From an uncultured virus (IMG/VR IMGVR_UViG_3300021400_000104) (Duplodnaviria; Heunggongvirae; Uroviricota; Caudoviricetes): a DNA stretch of 61,273 nucleotides. Shown here in pieces: positions 56,651 to 61,273 of the stretch (positions are counted from its first letter, which is position 1; the number at the start of each line of letters is the position of its first letter). The stretch lies in IMG/VR virus record IMGVR_UViG_3300021400_000104. One strand, given 5' to 3'. The notes under the pieces were generated by a model. It had not been told where the DNA came from and made no database searches. It saw nothing but the letters and a program-made list of their open reading frames with translations. A program made the translations under genes and the position numbers.

Positions 56651-57874
56651 TTACTTCTTAACAATTTCAATTTGCAACCTATCAAAAGTTTTTCCAAAAA
56701 TTCCCGCGTAATCAGAAGTTCCAATTACCCAAGGTAAATAATCTCTACCTGGATTTGCAACTCTATATCTTACATCATATCCTTCTAAGTCCTTAAGCTC
56801 AATTTGAATGGCATCAATTTTAATATTTGGTATTCCCGCGCATCCTTTTATTAAGTCACTTATATCGTATTTAGTAATCCAATTCATCCATTTAGAACCT
56901 TGCTAATGGACACGATAACGAAGAGTTCCCTTACTGCTCTTTGCCGCAACGCAAGAAATTGGATAGCCCTTAACACCAGCATAATCTTCTAAATTATTAA
57001 CTTCTGGAAGCCATCTCTTTCTTGCAAAAACACGATATGTTACATTAACATCCTGTGCCGGCACAATAACGTTTGAATTTTCAGGATAAACCTATTTCCC
57101 ATTTGAATCATAAATGAAGTATCCCTCTTTCCATGCCTTTTTCGCATTTTCAAGTGAACTATAAGCTCCAATCTAAGATTTTTCATCACTCCAAGACTTT
57201 CTAATTCTAAATAAAATTGGAGTTACATTATTTGTTGGAGTTTGATTTGTTACAGGAGTTGTGACTACTGTAGTAGTATCTCCCCCAAGTCTTGCAAGCT
57301 CATTTTTAACATTTGTTTTAAATGTTTGCCAGTGCGGCAAAATATAAATTGGACACATCTTATAAGAATTCTTTGCAGTATTTAAATAATCAATAGTTCC
57401 TCTTTTTCCATCTCTTACATTAAGCCAATGAGTATGAGTAAAAAGTCCATTGTCTACAGTCTTTCCATATTTCTTTAAGAAATAAGCTGCAAGTTTTACT
57501 GCATTTGCTTCTGCCTTAACAGAATTTCCAATTACTTCAAAAGAGATAGTTCTTCTATTTCCATTACCAGATCCATCTGCCGCGTGCCATCCAGAAAGAG
57601 TTAATGGTAAATTTTGCCAAGCACAAGTATCATCTACATAAAAGTGAACACGAACCGTATTCATATTACCATTCATTGTAGCTCTGGTATATTGTTCTGC
57701 CGGGGTAGTATTCGATGCAACATTAATTGCACCAGTATTATGAATTGTTACTCCAAGTGGAGAAGTCATACCCACAGTCGGCATTGCAATTCTCTTTGGA
57801 TTATGTTGTGTTAATAGATAGGTTTTTACAGTAACACCATTTATTTGCTCTACTTTATCTGGAGTTAATGGCAT
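56651..57874 (-). CDS. endolysin: Amidase_2 domain plus cell-wall-binding repeats (TAG-recoded)
   Basis: TIHNT, VHFYVD, WHAADG, SFEV, HTHW, KMCP; RIRKSW...S(Q)IGAY; C-terminal YRV..WLP..YAG repeats. Confidence 0.88.
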
Positions 57875-57897
57875 TAAAATCACCTCGTTATATAAAA

Positions 57898-60147
57898 TTA
57901 ATTGCTATCGCTTTCATAGAAAGCGTAAAATACGCCTTCTTTTGCATTATTTTCAATCCATTCTTCTTTTGTTATATCAAGTTCACTTTCATTTATAGGA
58001 ACGAATGGAGCTAATTTTTCTCCTGTTTTATCAGTATATTGACCTGCAATAGTAGTATTACCGCGAGCATCCACTGCAAGTGCATTTGACCTATTTGATG
58101 TGCTAGTTCCATTACCAATTTGAAATAAATCAGTAGTATTTGGAGAATTATACTTTCCGAATACGGCAGAATCTCTGCCTTGTGCAGTTACATATTCTCC
58201 ATGTACGATTGAATAATCTCCGGCAGACACGCTATTATAACCACCAGCATGAGAGGCCATTCCGGAGGCGGTTGTAGTATCACATTCGGCATGTGATTGC
58301 GCTCCAGAAGCAGTTGTACCATATCCTTCTGCATGTGAAACATTTCCTATGGCTTTAGTTCTATAACCCTCAGCATGAGTTTCAGTAAATAATGCTTGCG
58401 ATTGATAACCTTCTGAGTGAGAATATATGCCTACTGCAATTGTCTGGTATCCCTCGCTATGGGCACAATCTTGTGCTGCCATAGTTTGGTATCCTTCTGC
58501 ATGAGTATAACTTCCATGTGCTCCACTTGTATATGTCGATTTATCTAACGTAAATGAACCTCCATCCCCCTCTGCATGAGAACAGCTACCAGAAGCAATA
58601 GTATAATCTCCCTCAGCATGAGAATAATCACCAGAAGCAGTAGTCTAATTTCCTTCTGCATGAGAAGAAAATTTTGAAGCAGTTGTATGCTGTCCCTCAG
58701 CATGAGAATAAGCTCCTGACGCAGTTGTATTTAATCCTTCTGCATGGGACGCGGAGCCAGAAGCCGTAGTCTAGCCTCCTTCTGTATGAGACAAATTTCC
58801 TAATGCAGTTGTCCATTGTCCTTCTGCATGAGACGCATGTCCTGTAGCAATTGTATTTTGTCCTTCTGCATGAGCAGCAAATCCTCTTTTATCACTGTCA
58901 TAATCTGGAGATTTTGGATCCATGCCTGTAGTTGTTGCATCTCCTTCTGCATGAGAAGCTACTCCATATGCCTTATTAGACTATCCTTCTACATGAGAGC
59001 CTTGCTCATAAGCAAGAGTCTGATATCCTTCTGAATGAGAGTATTGTCCCTATGACACTGTACTTGATCCTTCTGAATGAGAATAATCACCTTTTGCTTT
59101 TGTAGAGGCTCCTTCTGCATGAGAATCGGTGCCGGAAGCCTCAGTATGATAACCTTCTGCATGTGTACAATTACCAGAAGCTGTGGTTTCTGTTCCTTCA
59201 GCATGAGATGAACTATTAGATGCAATCGTCATAAGTCCTTCTGCATGAGCATTATCTCCTGATGCTGTAGTTGTATTACCCTCAGCGTGAGAAGTCTAAC
59301 CACTTGCAATAGTATATCTCTGTTCTTGAGGAAAACCATATTTATTTCCTTGCCCCTCCGCATGAGAGTATTTTCCTGTTGCTTTTGTCATATACCCTTC
59401 TGCATGAGAATTTTCACCAATTGATACTGTAGTATTGCCTTCTGCATGAGAATTAGAGCCTTGTGCAATAGCCTTAAAACCCTCAGCATGTGAAGACATT
59501 CCATTTGCTACTGTTTGATCTCCTTCAGAATGAGAACAAACCCCATGCGCTCCACTAATACGTTCTATGTTATCTTTATCTGTCCATTGTCCGCCTCTTC
59601 CTTCCGCATGAGAGTAATAAGCAGATGCATTTGTATAAGCACCCTCTGCATGAGATTGTCCACCAGATGCTATACATGCATTTCCTTCAGAATGAGCTTC
59701 ATCACCGCTCGCCTCTGTATTTAGCCCCTCAGCGTGTGCTTGATAACCGCTAGCTGTTGTCGTGTTCCCCTCTGCATGGCTATCTTGACCTTCAGCATTA
59801 GTCATATATCCCTCAGCATGAGAACTTCTTCCAGACGCGACTGCCTGAAAACCCTCAGCATGAGAATATGCTCCACTAGCTACATTATTTTCATAATCAT
59901 TAAAAATTTCTCCTTCAGAAAAATCATCTTTATTCTATTTACCAGCATTATATTCTTCTTTAAAACTGCCGCCATACTACTTCCCATTTCTATATATATA
60001 ATAAAGCCTATTTTCATTATCTCTAACAAAGAATATAATTCCACTATTTCTATAATCTTCCTCTAAAGCCTAGTATTCTTCAATACTTATATCCATATGC
60101 ATAATACCACTCTAATGGCATTTACATTTGCACTCTTCCCAAGTCAT
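57898..60147 (-). CDS. fibre/adhesin with YadA-head-like 14-aa SHAEG repeats (TAG-recoded, about 749 aa)
   Basis: Dozens of A.G..SHAEG..T repeats; C-terminal GKYN...FQIGNG...RSNA. Confidence 0.82.
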
Positions 60148-60353
60148 ATATTCCACCTCCCCCTATGACTATCTATTTAAATGTAAAAATTGCCATGAGA
60201 AGCTCTAAAACTATCCCACGGCAATCTTTACTCGAATGTTTCTTATAAGAAGTAAATGGAATAATGGTACGAAGGTTTAGAAAAAATACCATCATTCCAA
60301 AAAGTAGTAAATAACGATATGAAGGTTTAGAAAAAGTATCATTATTTACTATG

Positions 60354-60398
60354 GTAAATGAGGGGAACGGAGGTAAGTTTTTTGTTTCCCCCATTTAC
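60354..60398. terminator. inverted repeat / hairpin
   Basis: gtaaatg-aggggaa...ttcccc-catttac. Confidence 0.4.
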
Positions 60399-60443
60399 TA
60401 TATTTATTATATCAAAAATTTTAAGAAAAGTCAAATAATTAGG

Positions 60444-61273
60444 TTAATTTGCTACGATATAAGTCAAAGTAAAATAATACTAAATATTCGCAGTTATAGC
60501 AGATGCGGAATTTCCCTAAAATTTAACTGTACCATCTGTAAGGACTTGTGCTGAAAAAGTTGTTTCAGCAATTCCTGATGCCTGTGAAACATGATCTGTC
60601 TATAATGAAATTGGTCGGTATTTTTCTGCTAGTGTACCTATAGTAACAGATGCGGCAGTTGAAGATGGCTTAACATATCCAGTAACACACATTATTTTTC
60701 CATTTAATCGGTATTTTACATCAGAATCACTAATGCCTGTGCCGGAACCAGACTTAAGTGAAATCCAAGTATCATTTGCTACATCTGTTCCATCAAATTT
60801 ATACCATACTCCCCAACCACCACTATATAAGCATCGGATATATACTGCTGGGCTACCGGTACTTGTATTCATTGCGTAGAGTCTCTGAATAATTCGTGAA
60901 GTTGCCGCGATATAATCAACATACATGATAAATGCCTCTGTAGTCGTTGGGCAGTTTAACAGACTCGCAGCGATGGTTGCTCCGCTACATGCATAGGCGC
61001 CTGGCGTCTGCATCGTGTTCAGGTCTGTACCGTTTGAAATTGTTGGCTTTATGCCATAAATATCTGTAATGCTAACCTTGGTGTTGACTTCCTCATACAA
61101 CCCTCTATTACTTGGAGCATAAGGTACATATTCAGAACTAATAGCATAGTCCTCGGCGGTGCAGATCATTGGCCTGAAAATGACATTGTCCACCGTTTGC
61201 CCCGCTTTTACCACGATGGCGATTCCGCCGCTCCCTGTCGCTGTGCCGTTTTTTTCTACGACCGCGCCGTTCC
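60444..61273 (-). CDS. tail fibre C-terminal part (5' truncated; TAG-recoded)
   Basis: FRPMI...YVPYA, DLN..TPGAY...NCP knob-like motif; continues via TAGs to TAA at 60444. Confidence 0.7.

Noticed and set aside
57898..59880. 42-bp periodic DNA repeat as CRISPR or DGR
   Set aside because: It encodes the 14-aa SHAEG repeat with synonymous variation; no reverse transcriptase or TR/VR pair seen
47862..60147. Pseudogenisation of the fragmented structural and lysis genes
   Set aside because: The interruptions examined are in-frame TAG at Gln-compatible sites, explained by recoding

Overview
This is a 61 kb AT-rich segment of a large tailed-phage genome, probably infecting a Firmicute/Clostridia host (GGAGG RBSs, sigmaA-type promoters, clostridial-type amidase). 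Essentially all genes are on the minus strand. The phage recodes TAG as Gln (genetic code 15): many fragmented ORFs rejoin through in-frame TAGs at invariant Gln positions, and two tandem tRNA-Gln-like amber suppressors (anticodon CUA) are encoded. The left half is an RNA/translation module: tmRNA, about 21 tRNAs, two RNA ligases, a kinase-HD protein, a Pol-beta nucleotidyltransferase and a Ro60/TROVE-like vWA (DUF2828-type) protein. The most striking element is a family of 12 dispersed small RNA elements sharing a covarying terminal stem plus a CAGCAA motif. Two carry circularly permuted tRNA-like domains (Y-RNA/YrlA-like architecture), one wraps a whole tRNA-like fold, and one sits in the 5' UTR of the Ro-like gene. 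Also present: a tRNA-Gly interrupted by a 454-nt endonuclease-coding insertion with no room for a ribozyme, an Ala-identity tRNA mimic, and two long structured non-coding regions. The right half holds four DNA methyltransferases, ThyX, a UvrD-like helicase, three paralogous TAG-dense putative structural genes, holin, endolysin and fibre genes, several preceded by a second promoter class. All calls come from manual reading; no database searches were run.
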